Source: a virus. From it: DNA of 64,000 nucleotides. The stretch lies in IMG/VR virus record IMGVR_UViG_3300031730_000002, positions 1 to 64,000 of that record; one strand, written 5' to 3'. The notes under the pieces are model-generated. The model did no database searches and had not been told where the DNA came from. It was given only the letters and a program-made list of their open reading frames with translations. This document shows, in pieces, positions 8,473-18,293 of this stretch (the first letter of the stretch is position 1; every line of letters begins with the position of its first letter). A program made the position numbers and the translations under genes.

Positions 8473-9738
8473 ATGCTGCTGCTCAATTCCGCCACGATGA
8501 AGGTCACGATCACCACCGGCTCTGCCGGTGACATCGAGATCGGCTGGTCGGGTATCGACAAGACCGGGACTGGGCCGGCGTCATATTCCTACGCCTCAGT
8601 GCCGACCGATGTGCCGGCGAACATCAGCGGGAGTGGCACGAACGATCTTGTGCCAGTACCAGCAGCGAGTACCGAACGCAATGTCGGCGCAATGTACGCA
8701 GCGAACAACCACGCCACGACATCGAATGCCATCACGATCCAGCTCACGGACGGCACCGACACAACGCGGCTGTGGCGCGGCACCTTGCTCGCGCAAGAGG
8801 CTGTGGTGTTCGATCAGGGCGGTGTGTGGACCGTGTACGGTACGGACGGCAACCCAAAGCAGACTGGTCAGCTTCTCGGTTTGGTGCTCGGCGCTGTTGG
8901 TGCTGCCAATCTGGCAGCATCGGATACCGACACTCTGAATGTCTTTGCTCGCAAAGTTGCTGGCTGCATGGCGCTCAAGACACAAGCACCGTCCGGTATC
9001 GAGCAGTTCTTGCAAGAGAGTTTGAGCCACAACGGCAGCTCGCTCTACTTGCCGAACAACGGCACGACGGTTGGCCTCAACACCGGGCTCGCCTGGACGA
9101 CTGGCGGCACCGTCAGCCACCCCACACCAAGCAGCACCAGCCCGGCGATCTACAACCAGCAAAAGCGCACGCGCTGGGCCAACGTCGTCACCACGACCAA
9201 TCAGGTGCTCGGCTTGCGCACCGCCACCGCGGAGAAGCGCTACTGGCGCGGCAACGCGGCAGGGCTTGGTGGCTGGTTCTTCCACGCGCGGTTTGCTATC
9301 GGCTTGTGGCCGGCGGCCACCGTGCGCCTGTTTGTCGGCTTGAACGACTCGAACTCGGGCTGGGTTATCTCCGACACGCTGACCGGCAACGGCTGCGGGT
9401 TCTGGCATGACACGACTGACGCCGCTTCGGTTCTCAGCTTTGCTACCCGAGACGGCACGACCGCCAACAAGGCGGCGATCACACTCGCCGCAAACCTTGC
9501 TGCTGGACAGTGTTTTGATGCCTACATCTACTCGCCACCAAACGGGAGCTTCATCGGTTACCGGCTGGTCGAGTTGAACACCGGCACGGTGCTGGTCGAC
9601 ACCACGACCACAACGAACATTCCACTGACGACTGCATTCCTTGGGCAAGAGCTTGCGATGTCGAACGGTACAGCCAACACCACAGTCACCACGACTGCCT
9701 TCGAGCTGTCAGGCCACAGCTGCCAGTCCGACTACTAA
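8473..9738 (+). CDS. virion fibre-associated protein, 421 aa, beta-rich
   Basis: Thr/Gly/Asn-rich; GGAG RBS; inside the fibre cassette. Confidence 0.65.
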   Translation: MLLLNSATMKVTITTGSAGDIEIGWSGIDKTGTGPASYSYASVPTDVPANISGSGTNDLVPVPAASTERNVGAMYAANNHATTSNAITIQLTDGTDTTRLWRGTLLAQEAVVFDQGGVWTVYGTDGNPKQTGQLLGLVLGAVGAANLAASDTDTLNVFARKVAGCMALKTQAPSGIEQFLQESLSHNGSSLYLPNNGTTVGLNTGLAWTTGGTVSHPTPSSTSPAIYNQQKRTRWANVVTTTNQVLGLRTATAEKRYWRGNAAGLGGWFFHARFAIGLWPAATVRLFVGLNDSNSGWVISDTLTGNGCGFWHDTTDAASVLSFATRDGTTANKAAITLAANLAAGQCFDAYIYSPPNGSFIGYRLVELNTGTVLVDTTTTTNIPLTTAFLGQELAMSNGTANTTVTTTAFELSGHSCQSDY

Positions 9739-9748
9739 GTAGCAGCCC

Positions 9749-12700
9749 ATGAGTGCTGCCGTTCTCGTAGCTGGGGACTTCTTCTATCGCATAGCGACAG
9801 TCCCAAATCAGTTTCCGATTACTGTCACAGGTTGGATGCGCTGTGACTCGTTGGGTGCTGCCGCGTCTCCGATTTATGTTCGTTATGCCGACGCAGGCGG
9901 CAGCGAGCGATCGGGCATGTTTATCGACGCTGCTACCACAGGTGTTTTCATTGAGGGCACTTCGTCGACTGGCAACTGGAGCCCCAGTGAGCCTCGTTCG
10001 TTGGGGGTCTTCCAGCACTGGACCTATCGTAATGACGGCACCACGCACACGTTGGCTTTCAATGGCCGCGTTACCCGCGAAACAGGTGGTCAGCCGGCTA
10101 CAGACACATCCCCTTCGATCGCAATCGGAGGTGCTGGCAGCGAGTTCATCCTAGGGCAGATCTCTCGTGTCAAGGTGTGGGAAGCCATCTTGACTGACGC
10201 AGAGGTTCGCGCTGAGATGGCTTCAGTCGCACCTGTTCGTACCTCGAATCTGTGGGCTGATTACCGCTTCGCGTCGGGAGCGTTGCTTACAGACTCCAGC
10301 GGGAACAGTCGCAGCCTGACCGCGGCGACCAATCAGGTCAATGGCGCTGACGAAGTGCCTCTCGGCCCGATCATCTTCACGCAACCGGTGCGTCAGCAAG
10401 TATTCGCAGGGAAGGACGCGACCTTCAGCGTACTTGCCTACCCGAGCGCAGGTACGCTGAGCTATCAGTGGAAGCGCGATGGGGTCAATGTCGGCACCGA
10501 TAGCTCTACGTACACGCTGCCAACGAGCATCGCAGACAACGGCGCGCAGATCACAGTCGCCATCACCGACAGCAACGCAACGACAACATCAAGCGTGGCG
10601 ATGCTGGCTGTGCTGCGCACATCGCGCAGCCACGGGGCGAAGGTCAAGAAGACTCGTCGCAGCACTCTGATCGAGTACGCAAACTCGGTTGCATCGTGGT
10701 TCAGTGCTCTCCTGGTGCCCAACGGCAGCTTTGCCGATGGCATGGTGAACGCTCCGAGTGGGGCGAGCGGAGACGGCGTTGGTGCCTCAACCGGCACAGG
10801 AACAGCGACTGGTGTCGGTCAGGCTGCAACGCTGCAGCCCGGCACCGCGACTGGCTCCAGCACAGCGACAGGCGTTGGTCGAGCCAATGCGGAAGGTGTC
10901 GAGTCCGCGGCCGGCACTTCGACCGTCACCGGTGTCGGGTCAGCAGCCTTTCTCGGTGTAGCCGCTTCAACCGGAACCGGCGCAGCGGCGGCCGATGGCC
11001 GATCGCTCTCGACGCAGGTCGCCGCCGCGGCTGGTACGAGCACGCCGACTGCAGTCGGCCAGTCGACCACGGTCGAGCCTGGTGCTTCGACCGGGGCAAG
11101 CACAGCAACAGCCACAGGCCAGACCAGCGCACTTGCGGACGCGGCCTCGGCCGGCATCTCGACGGTCTCTGGAGTGTCTCAAGCGATCTCGATCGCAGAC
11201 GGCGCTGCCGCAGGCACCAGCACAGCCACTGGTGTGGGTGCGACCGAGCAGGTCGCGTCGGCTGCAGGCACCAGCACTGCGACTGCAGTAGGTCAATCGC
11301 TCGCGATCAGCGACGGCGCGGCGCCGGGCACCAGTACTGTCACCGGCGTCGGGCAGGCAGCAACTGCTGCTGTTGCTGCCGCGGACGGCATTGCAACTGC
11401 GACTGCAACCGGGCAATCGCTCTCGACACAGGTCGGCTCGGCTGTAGGCACTAGCACTGCGGACGCTACGGCGGGAGCGTCGATCGGCGCTGCCGCAGGC
11501 GCGAGCACGCCACTTGCGGTTGGCCAAGCCCTCTCGACGCAGGTCGGCGCGGCAGCAGGCACCAGCACAGTGGCAGCCACGAGTGACGCACTTGCGATTA
11601 GCGTGGGCTCGGCCGCCGGCACCAGCACAGCGGCTGCTGATGGTCAGACGACATCGATCGCTACCTCAGTCGGCGCCAGCACAGTTGCAGCCGATGGCCG
11701 ATCGCTCTCGACGCAGGTCGCCAGCTCGACCGGCACCGGTGCAGCTACCGGCGTCAGCAGCCAAGCCGGCACAGGCAACGCTGCGGCAGATGGCACCAGC
11801 ACCGCGACAGCGGTTGGGCAGTCGCTCTTCACAGGTGACGCGAGCGCGGCAGGCACCAGCACAGTCCAGGCTGATCGGCTGATGCTGGTTGCGGCAGTTG
11901 CCAGCTCGATCGGCGCGAGCACGGTATCTGGTGTCGGTGAGGCGCCGGCTGCAGGCGTCGCCGCGGCGACCGGTACGAGCACTGTTGCTGCTGCAGGCGA
12001 GTCGCTCTCGACGCAGGTTGCCAGCTCGACCGGCACGAGCACGGTGCTCGGGATCGAGCAAGGCGCGGCGTCGGTCGCTTCGTCGAACGGGGCTGGCGAT
12101 GCTGCGGCTGTCGGCCAGTCGACCGTCGATGCAGTTGTGGCCGCAGCCTCGACCAGCACTGTCACAGGTGATGGTCAGGCGCTGGCGCGCGCTGACGCGA
12201 GTGCGGCCGGCACCAGCACTGCGCAAGCGTCACCGTCTCTGCTGAGTGTCGCGAGTTCGAGCGGTGTCAGCACGGCCGCGGCCACCGGGCAGTCGATCGC
12301 TGATGCCACGGCAGCAGCGGCTGGCGCGAGCACGGCTGCAGCGGACGGCGCCCCACTTGCGATCAGCGTTGGGGCGGCGACAGGCACGAGCACGGCACTT
12401 GCCGACAGCCAGGCGCCAGCGGTCGGCACCGGCGCAGCAGCAGGCACGAGTACTGTGCAGGCCCAGCCGGCGCTGCTTGGTGTTGCTTCGTCGGTCGGGA
12501 CTGCTGCGTCGGTCGTTGTCGGTCAGGCCAACGCGCTCGCAACAGCCGCTGCTGCCGGGTCGAGCACCGCTGATGCGCTGGGTGTCCAGCAAGGGCAGGC
12601 TGTCGCACAGTCCACCGGCGCAGGCACTGCGCTGGCAGTCGGCGCGCCGCTGGCAGTCGCTACCGCAGCGGCAGCAGGCAGCTCGACCGCACTTGCGACA

Positions 12701-13321
12701 GCGAACGCGCCGAGTGTTGGCTCTTCTGCAGGTTCGAGCACGGCGAGTGCCGGCGGCATCATGGCCATCCAGGCCGTTGCCACGAGCGCTGCAGCTGCAT
12801 CGGATACTGCGGTCTCCGACGCCATCGCGCTTTTGGTGGCCACGGCTTCAGGGTCGTCTATCGCCGCTGCGGTGTCCGATGCTATCGCGTTGATGGTGGC
12901 CACGGCAGTCGGGTCTTCTGATGTTCAAGGCTACCCGAGCAGCTCGGCAACATCACCCGCGACTGCCGCAGGCACCTCGACTGCTCAGGCTGTTGGCCAA
13001 AGCGCGCTGACCGGTGTCGGCAATGCGGCAGGGTCTGCGACAGTTCTCGGTTACTGGCAGAAGTCGGGCTATATCGACGTTTCTGTGTCGATCGCACCGC
13101 GGCTCACGCCGAAGATCAACGTGGCATTCCAGAACTTCAGCGGTGTGCGCGTGGTGCTCGCGTCTTCGGCCGGTCGGATTCAGGTTGATCTGCCAGCTCA
13201 AGGCGGGAGTACCTTTACTGGCTTTGGTCACCGCACGACTTACCTGCTGATGCCCACGCAGCAACTCGTGCTTGAGTACGCACCAACTGCGTTTCAACTG
13301 CAGCCAGCTTCTCAGGTCTGA
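9749..13321 (+). CDS. 1190-aa repeat protein: LamG/ConA-like N-domain, Ig-like domain, then ~39 x ~20-aa A/G/S/T repeats
   Basis: GQISRVKVWEAILTDAEV (LamG-like), FTQP...TFSV...YQWKRDG (Ig-like), repeated xxVAAAAGTSTATAVGQSL units. Confidence 0.8.
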   Translation: MSAAVLVAGDFFYRIATVPNQFPITVTGWMRCDSLGAAASPIYVRYADAGGSERSGMFIDAATTGVFIEGTSSTGNWSPSEPRSLGVFQHWTYRNDGTTHTLAFNGRVTRETGGQPATDTSPSIAIGGAGSEFILGQISRVKVWEAILTDAEVRAEMASVAPVRTSNLWADYRFASGALLTDSSGNSRSLTAATNQVNGADEVPLGPIIFTQPVRQQVFAGKDATFSVLAYPSAGTLSYQWKRDGVNVGTDSSTYTLPTSIADNGAQITVAITDSNATTTSSVAMLAVLRTSRSHGAKVKKTRRSTLIEYANSVASWFSALLVPNGSFADGMVNAPSGASGDGVGASTGTGTATGVGQAATLQPGTATGSSTATGVGRANAEGVESAAGTSTVTGVGSAAFLGVAASTGTGAAAADGRSLSTQVAAAAGTSTPTAVGQSTTVEPGASTGASTATATGQTSALADAASAGISTVSGVSQAISIADGAAAGTSTATGVGATEQVASAAGTSTATAVGQSLAISDGAAPGTSTVTGVGQAATAAVAAADGIATATATGQSLSTQVGSAVGTSTADATAGASIGAAAGASTPLAVGQALSTQVGAAAGTSTVAATSDALAISVGSAAGTSTAAADGQTTSIATSVGASTVAADGRSLSTQVASSTGTGAATGVSSQAGTGNAAADGTSTATAVGQSLFTGDASAAGTSTVQADRLMLVAAVASSIGASTVSGVGEAPAAGVAAATGTSTVAAAGESLSTQVASSTGTSTVLGIEQGAASVASSNGAGDAAAVGQSTVDAVVAAASTSTVTGDGQALARADASAAGTSTAQASPSLLSVASSSGVSTAAATGQSIADATAAAAGASTAAADGAPLAISVGAATGTSTALADSQAPAVGTGAAAGTSTVQAQPALLGVASSVGTAASVVVGQANALATAAAAGSSTADALGVQQGQAVAQSTGAGTALAVGAPLAVATAAAAGSSTALATANAPSVGSSAGSSTASAGGIMAIQAVATSAAAASDTAVSDAIALLVATASGSSIAAAVSDAIALMVATAVGSSDVQGYPSSSATSPATAAGTSTAQAVGQSALTGVGNAAGSATVLGYWQKSGYIDVSVSIAPRLTPKINVAFQNFSGVRVVLASSAGRIQVDLPAQGGSTFTGFGHRTTYLLMPTQQLVLEYAPTAFQLQPASQV
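10769..13060 (+). repeat. ~39 tandem degenerate ~60-nt (20-aa) coding repeats
   Basis: G(T/A/S)ST core every 17-20 aa; identical 33-bp DNA copies at 10991-11023 and 11690-11722. Confidence 0.85.
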
Positions 13322-13356
13322 CCTTTTGACCTACACTTCGCGAAACTGGAGAGATC

Positions 13357-14157
13357 ATGTGGCGTTTCGGTAATCTGTGGGCGGGTAACGAGGCGTCTTA
13401 CGAGGCCCTGATCGCTGTCAGTGCGCAGGTATCTGCGATGATTGGCTCCGGTCAGCAGGCCCCACTGCCGGAACTGCTGCACATCGATTCAGGTGTGGGC
13501 GTCGTGAGTATCGAGGGTGCTTTGATTCCTGGCGATGCCGGGTTTTATTCGTACTTCGGGTATGTCGGCTACAACGACATTCGCACCGCTGCAATGGCAG
13601 CGGTGATGAATCCCGACGTGAAATCCATCATGCTTCACATGAACTCGCCGGGTGGCGCAGTCGACGGCTGCCAAGACTGCGCCAACATGCTTGCGCAGAT
13701 CTCGTCGCTCAAGCCGACGATGGTTTTCGCCGACAACAGCCTCGGATCAGGCGCTTACTGGCTTGCAACTTCGGCCGGGAAGATCTTCATCAGCACCACG
13801 ACCGAAGCTGGCAGTGTTGGCGTGATCGCCAAAGCGGCCGAGTACAGCAAGGCGCGTGCAGCAGCCGGCATTACCGACCTGGTTGTGCGCTCTGGCCCTT
13901 ACAAGCAGCTGATCAATCCGGTCGAACCGCACAGCGATGCAGGTATTGCGATGCTGCAAGAGCGGGTGAACGCAATTGCCGATGTGTTTTTGGAGCATGT
14001 CTCTGATGCACGCGGTGTTTCGGCCAAGCAATTCGATGCGACAATGGGCCAAGGACGAGTATTCACCGGCGCGAAAGCGGTCGCAGTGGGAATCGTCGAT
14101 GGTCTCGCTACATACGATTCCGCACTTTCTGCCGCAATACTCATTCAACCCCGTTGA
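13357..14157 (+). CDS. S49 (SppA/ClpP-like) prohead protease
   Basis: MNSPGG, GSGAYWLA, GSVGV, GPYK motifs. Confidence 0.92.
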   Translation: MWRFGNLWAGNEASYEALIAVSAQVSAMIGSGQQAPLPELLHIDSGVGVVSIEGALIPGDAGFYSYFGYVGYNDIRTAAMAAVMNPDVKSIMLHMNSPGGAVDGCQDCANMLAQISSLKPTMVFADNSLGSGAYWLATSAGKIFISTTTEAGSVGVIAKAAEYSKARAAAGITDLVVRSGPYKQLINPVEPHSDAGIAMLQERVNAIADVFLEHVSDARGVSAKQFDATMGQGRVFTGAKAVAVGIVDGLATYDSALSAAILIQPR

Positions 14158-14182
14158 CAGTCGTGTACCTGCTAGTCAGAAT
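14154..14182 (+). promoter_or_regulatory. sigma70-like promoter for scaffold/decoration/capsid genes
   Basis: TTGACA-17 nt-CAGAAT. Confidence 0.6.
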
Positions 14183-14206
14183 ACGCGGCAACGTACTGGA
14201 GCCCAC

Positions 14207-14830
14207 ATGCTGAAGAAAACCACTCTGAGCGCTGCAGCAATTGCTGCAATCGCATCTGGCGCACCGCTCCCTGCCGATACCAATCTGGCCGCGGCCGACA
14301 CAACCGGCGGGGAGCAGCTTGACGCTGCTGCTGTTGCCGCTGCTGCCGCGCTCGCTGCTGGTGCCGCGAAGACCCCCGAACAGATTGCTGCCGACGAGGC
14401 AGCTGCTGCTACTGCCGCCGCAGCCACTGCCGCCGCTGCTGCAGGCACCGCCGCGACTGCCGAGTCCGAGCTGGTGAAGTTCCTGCGCACCGAGCTGTCG
14501 ACTGCGCAAGCGACGATCACTGCCAACGCCATCAAGATCTCGACGCTCGAAGCTGCGTCGACCGGCATGGCCGCGACTCATCCGAAGCTGCTGGAGATCG
14601 CGCGTGGCGCGGTCAAGAAGATGCGCGTCGCGCTCGGCGCATCGGGCGACGGTGCCGATGTGATGTCGGCTGAAGAGGCCATCACCGCGCATGCCGAGAC
14701 CAGTGCGACCTTCGCCAAGAAGTTCGTTGTCGGCGGTGCCGCGGCGACCAGCTCTTCGGCTGAAGAGTCTGCCCAGCAAGGCCCCAACGTCATCCCCCTG
14801 TTCATCCAAGCGGCCAAAGCCGCCAAGTAA
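14207..14830 (+). CDS. capsid scaffolding protein, 207 aa
   Basis: Ala-rich coiled coil between protease and decoration gene; GGAG RBS before MLKKTT. Confidence 0.7.
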   Translation: MLKKTTLSAAAIAAIASGAPLPADTNLAAADTTGGEQLDAAAVAAAAALAAGAAKTPEQIAADEAAAATAAAATAAAAAGTAATAESELVKFLRTELSTAQATITANAIKISTLEAASTGMAATHPKLLEIARGAVKKMRVALGASGDGADVMSAEEAITAHAETSATFAKKFVVGGAAATSSSAEESAQQGPNVIPLFIQAAKAAK

Positions 14831-14839
14831 GGAACTCAC

Positions 14840-15313
14840 ATGAGCCGCGCCTTCTACCGTCAAGAAATCCTGGCGACCCAAAACGCCCCGGTCACGTCCC
14901 GACTGGGCCTGGTCAGCGCGCCCTACGGTGCGACCGAGATCGGCAAGTTCGTCAAGAACGGCGCCGAGTCGGCCCACATCCTGTGCGCCGCCGGTGATGC
15001 CATCGAAGGCTACATCGCTTCTGTCGAGTCTGCCACGTCGGCTGGCTTCGGCATCGGTGCAGTGCAGCAGCGCGACCCGAAGTTCGTGACCTTCGACGGC
15101 TTGCAGGCCACGCCCGGCACCGGCACCGTGACCATCGGCTCGTATGTCGTGTGCGGCACGGTCGTCGCCAAGGACACCGCGCTGACCGCTTACGCGAAGG
15201 TCTGCAAGGCCACCACCGAACCGCCTGCCGGCCCCTACGCATGGCGCGTGGTGTCGCTGGGTTCGGTCGGCACCGGCGCTGTTGGCACCACTGGTCTCAT
15301 CGAGCGCGTCTAA
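14840..15313 (+). CDS. head decoration/cement protein
   Basis: 157-aa beta-rich protein directly before the capsid gene; AAGGA RBS. Confidence 0.7.
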   Translation: MSRAFYRQEILATQNAPVTSRLGLVSAPYGATEIGKFVKNGAESAHILCAAGDAIEGYIASVESATSAGFGIGAVQQRDPKFVTFDGLQATPGTGTVTIGSYVVCGTVVAKDTALTAYAKVCKATTEPPAGPYAWRVVSLGSVGTGAVGTTGLIERV

Positions 15314-15355
15314 GCGCACCCCGTCACCGTTCTCTCAAACACCAAGGAGCCCACG

Positions 15356-16576
15356 ATGGGTGCGAAGTTTTTCAATGCTGCTGGCGCGATCCAGGACGTC
15401 GATCTGCCTGCGAGCATCTACTCGCTGGCTTCCGCCGCGAACCGGTCCGTGGCCGCCTACATCAACTCGAAGTACGAGACCGATGAGGCCAAGTTCGGTA
15501 CGACCTTCAACCAGATGCTTGCCGCGGCTGGCCTGCTGGTTCCCGATCCCAAGGTGCAGAAGAACTTCGGCCTCCGCGCGCCGATGATGGCCGACGTGCT
15601 TGCGGGCACGGTCGACTTCTCGGCTGCCTCGAACAGCCAACAGTTCGGCAATGCCGCACCGTCCACCGGCACCTCGCGCACCCTGTTCCCGGCCGCACTG
15701 ATCGCCTACATGGAGACGGCGCTCGTCAAGAACTACGAGATGGACGCCGCGGTGTTCGATCAGATGGTCGCGACCGACTTCTCGATCAACGGTGACCGTT
15801 TCGAGCAGCCGCAGATCAACATGGCCACCCTGAACGGCCCGAACAGCGCGCTGGCTTCGCGCCGAGCGCAGCTCGCCGGCCCGGCCGCGATGATGCAGTT
15901 CACGACTTCGGACGTGACCCGCAAAATCCCGACCTACGCACTGGGCATGGAGTTCTCGAAAGAGGCTCTCAAGGCCACCACGCTGGATCTGGTCGGCATG
16001 TCCGTCAGCCGTCAGCTGATGGTCGAGCGCGACTCCTGGGTGAACTCCTACATCAGCGACATCTACGCTGGTGACCTGGACATCAACACCGGTTCGCTGT
16101 CTTCGCTGGGCTACTCGGTGAACACCAGCACGCTGGACGCGACCGCGACCACGACCATCACGCAGAAGGCGTGGCTGAAGTGGCTGTTCCGCAATCGCAA
16201 GTACCGCATCATCAACTGGGTGATGTGCGACCTGGCGACGTACCTGCTGATCGAAGGTCGCACCGGTCGTCCGTCGCTGACCGCGATCGACATGACCCTG
16301 CCGCGTCTCGACCCGCAAGCGCGGATCGTCAACGGCGTCATCGGCGACGTGAAGGTCTTCATCGTCGACGATGCGAGCGCTGGTGGCCCGCTGCCGGCCG
16401 GCACCGTGCTGGGCTTGGACAGCCGCTACGGCATCGCACGCGTGCGCAACGCGAGCGCTGACGTGTCGGCCGCCGAGAGCTACGCTCTGCGCCAGACCGA
16501 AGCCTTCATGGTTCAGTTCGCCGAGATCTGCTACCGTCTGCACCCCGACGCCTTCGACACCCTCGTGGTGGCGTAA
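15356..16576 (+). CDS. major capsid protein
   Basis: 406 aa, AAGGAG RBS, strong codon bias, position in the head module. Confidence 0.85.
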   Translation: MGAKFFNAAGAIQDVDLPASIYSLASAANRSVAAYINSKYETDEAKFGTTFNQMLAAAGLLVPDPKVQKNFGLRAPMMADVLAGTVDFSAASNSQQFGNAAPSTGTSRTLFPAALIAYMETALVKNYEMDAAVFDQMVATDFSINGDRFEQPQINMATLNGPNSALASRRAQLAGPAAMMQFTTSDVTRKIPTYALGMEFSKEALKATTLDLVGMSVSRQLMVERDSWVNSYISDIYAGDLDINTGSLSSLGYSVNTSTLDATATTTITQKAWLKWLFRNRKYRIINWVMCDLATYLLIEGRTGRPSLTAIDMTLPRLDPQARIVNGVIGDVKVFIVDDASAGGPLPAGTVLGLDSRYGIARVRNASADVSAAESYALRQTEAFMVQFAEICYRLHPDAFDTLVVA

Positions 16577-16605
16577 GCGACAACGCCACTTCACAGGAGA
16601 GCTAC

Positions 16606-16902
16606 ATGAGCAAAATGGTCTACGTCAACAGCCACGCCCAGTTCCCGATGATCGACGCCGTGGACGGTACACGCTTCGAAGCTGGCGAGCCGAAGAAGGT
16701 GGCCGACAACCGCTGGATCGCAGCGCAGGTGGATGCCGGTGTGCTCTACTACTGCGATGCGGACGGCGTTGCGATTGTGGCCAAGGGCGCTGCCGATACC
16801 CCGGCAGAAACCCAAGCGAAGGCCGCGGACAAAGACCCCATGCTCACCAAAGAGGCCGTTCCGGCACTCGGCGGCGGCGTGAAGTCCGGCACCGCGACCT
16901 GA
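16606..16902 (+). CDS. hypothetical protein after capsid, 98 aa
   Basis: AGGAG RBS; followed by a terminator. Confidence 0.7.
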   Translation: MSKMVYVNSHAQFPMIDAVDGTRFEAGEPKKVADNRWIAAQVDAGVLYYCDADGVAIVAKGAADTPAETQAKAADKDPMLTKEAVPALGGGVKSGTAT

Positions 16903-16923
16903 GCGCAACAGGCACCTGTCTGG

Positions 16924-16947
16924 AGGCCCGCTACGAGCGGGCCTTTT
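16924..16947 (+). terminator. intrinsic terminator
   Basis: AGGCCCGCT-ACG-AGCGGGCCT-TTT. Confidence 0.8.
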
Positions 16948-16977
16948 CATTCCTGCAGCCCTGCGAGACAATGCGAC

Positions 16978-17460
16978 ATGCTGACCGACTACACCTCGTA
17001 TGACGACATCCGCGCAGCACTGGGTGTCGCGCCGGAAGAGATCACCGATGAGGTGCTCGCGCTCAACAGCTACGAGCAGATCCTGACGTTCGATCTCTAT
17101 GATCTGACGCCGGCCATCGGCCCCTACTACTTGGCGCTGTCTGGTGTGCTGACAGCCGACCAGGAGCGCTTCAAGGATCTGATGCAGGTCTACGCCGCCT
17201 ACGTGATCGCGAAGCATCTGCTCACCAGCCTGCCGATGTTCGGGCCACAGAGCATCAAGGACGCCAAGACCGAGATCCAGCGGATCAGCGACCCGTACAA
17301 GGCGACGCGAGAGGGTGTCCTGGCGTTCTACGAGCTGATGCGGGCCCGCTTGCTGGCCGCCTATCTGGTGCTGGTGCCCAGCGCGCCGATCTCGTCTGCC
17401 GCGGTCTTCAATGTGATGGCCGCAATCCCGCTGGGGGCTGACCCTGTTACTGGAGTCTGA
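16978..17460 (+). CDS. head-tail connector (adaptor)
   Basis: N-terminal YTSYDDIRAALG pattern; synteny. Confidence 0.65.
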   Translation: MLTDYTSYDDIRAALGVAPEEITDEVLALNSYEQILTFDLYDLTPAIGPYYLALSGVLTADQERFKDLMQVYAAYVIAKHLLTSLPMFGPQSIKDAKTEIQRISDPYKATREGVLAFYELMRARLLAAYLVLVPSAPISSAAVFNVMAAIPLGADPVTGV

Positions 17461-17462
17461 GC

Positions 17463-18293
17463 ATGCGCCTTAAGGACGCCGCCAAGCGCTTCAACGACGC
17501 GCAGGCATACGACGCCTACACCAGCGATCCGCTGTTCAAGTGCCAGTTCACGAGCTTCGATGACCATTCGGCAGATGGCGCCACGGCGCGCCGCCGGGTG
17601 CTCAACATCCCCGAGAACCTCACGATCCCGACGCGGCGCTGCATCCGGCTGTACGACCAGGCTTGGCTTGTGGGCGTGGGGTCGCCAGACAGCTTCGCCG
17701 GCAGCGCGATCCGGGTCCAGTACGGCATGAAGAAGGCCACGGACCTTGCCCTGCTGGCCACGCCTGCCGGCGTGCTCACGTCGACCGGCATGCGGGCCTA
17801 CGTGCAGAAGCACTACTACCGCGACAACATGGACACGAAGACCGAGTCGGACAACCAGATCGCCTGGAACGTCTTCGTCGCGCCGGTCGAGACTGTGATC
17901 ACCGGCATGTTCATCGTGGCCGATGTGCTGCTGCGGGTACGGAACACCTACCTGCCGGTCGAGGGCTTGCGCGTGGCGCAGTGTGATGATCTCGGGCCGG
18001 TCTCGATCGTTGCGGCCACCTTCACCGAGAACGGTACGTACAACCCACTGACAGACACTTGGGGCACTGTCAACATCGCCACGACGGTGATCCTGGTGGA
18101 CTACGCACGGCTGTACCAACTCGCCTCGAAGGCAGATCCGACCTACGAGCCGGGCGATGTCTCGGTACTTGTGCGGCAGGCCGCCGTGACCCCGGCTGTG
18201 GGGGCACGCTTCACCATGAATGGCAAAACCTGGAGGGTGCTGTCAGTCCAGTCTGAGCTGGATAGCTGGCTGCTGCACGCACGAATTGGTTGA
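17463..18293 (+). CDS. head closure/stopper-type protein
   Basis: C-terminal GARFTMNGKTWRVLSV...WLLHAR beta-barrel pattern; synteny. Confidence 0.55.
   Translation: MRLKDAAKRFNDAQAYDAYTSDPLFKCQFTSFDDHSADGATARRRVLNIPENLTIPTRRCIRLYDQAWLVGVGSPDSFAGSAIRVQYGMKKATDLALLATPAGVLTSTGMRAYVQKHYYRDNMDTKTESDNQIAWNVFVAPVETVITGMFIVADVLLRVRNTYLPVEGLRVAQCDDLGPVSIVAATFTENGTYNPLTDTWGTVNIATTVILVDYARLYQLASKADPTYEPGDVSVLVRQAAVTPAVGARFTMNGKTWRVLSVQSELDSWLLHARIG

Noticed and set aside
10769-13060. Repeat region as a CRISPR array, DGR or ice-nucleation gene
   Set aside because: Repeats are degenerate, in-frame and ~20 aa, with no constant DNA repeat and spacers. There is no reverse transcriptase or TR/VR pair, and the ice-nucleation AGYGST octamer periodicity is absent.
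13976-14206. Upstream extension of the scaffold ORF or a protease-scaffold frameshift fusion
   Set aside because: The scaffold has its own promoter and GGAG RBS at 14207, and no slippery sequence is evident.
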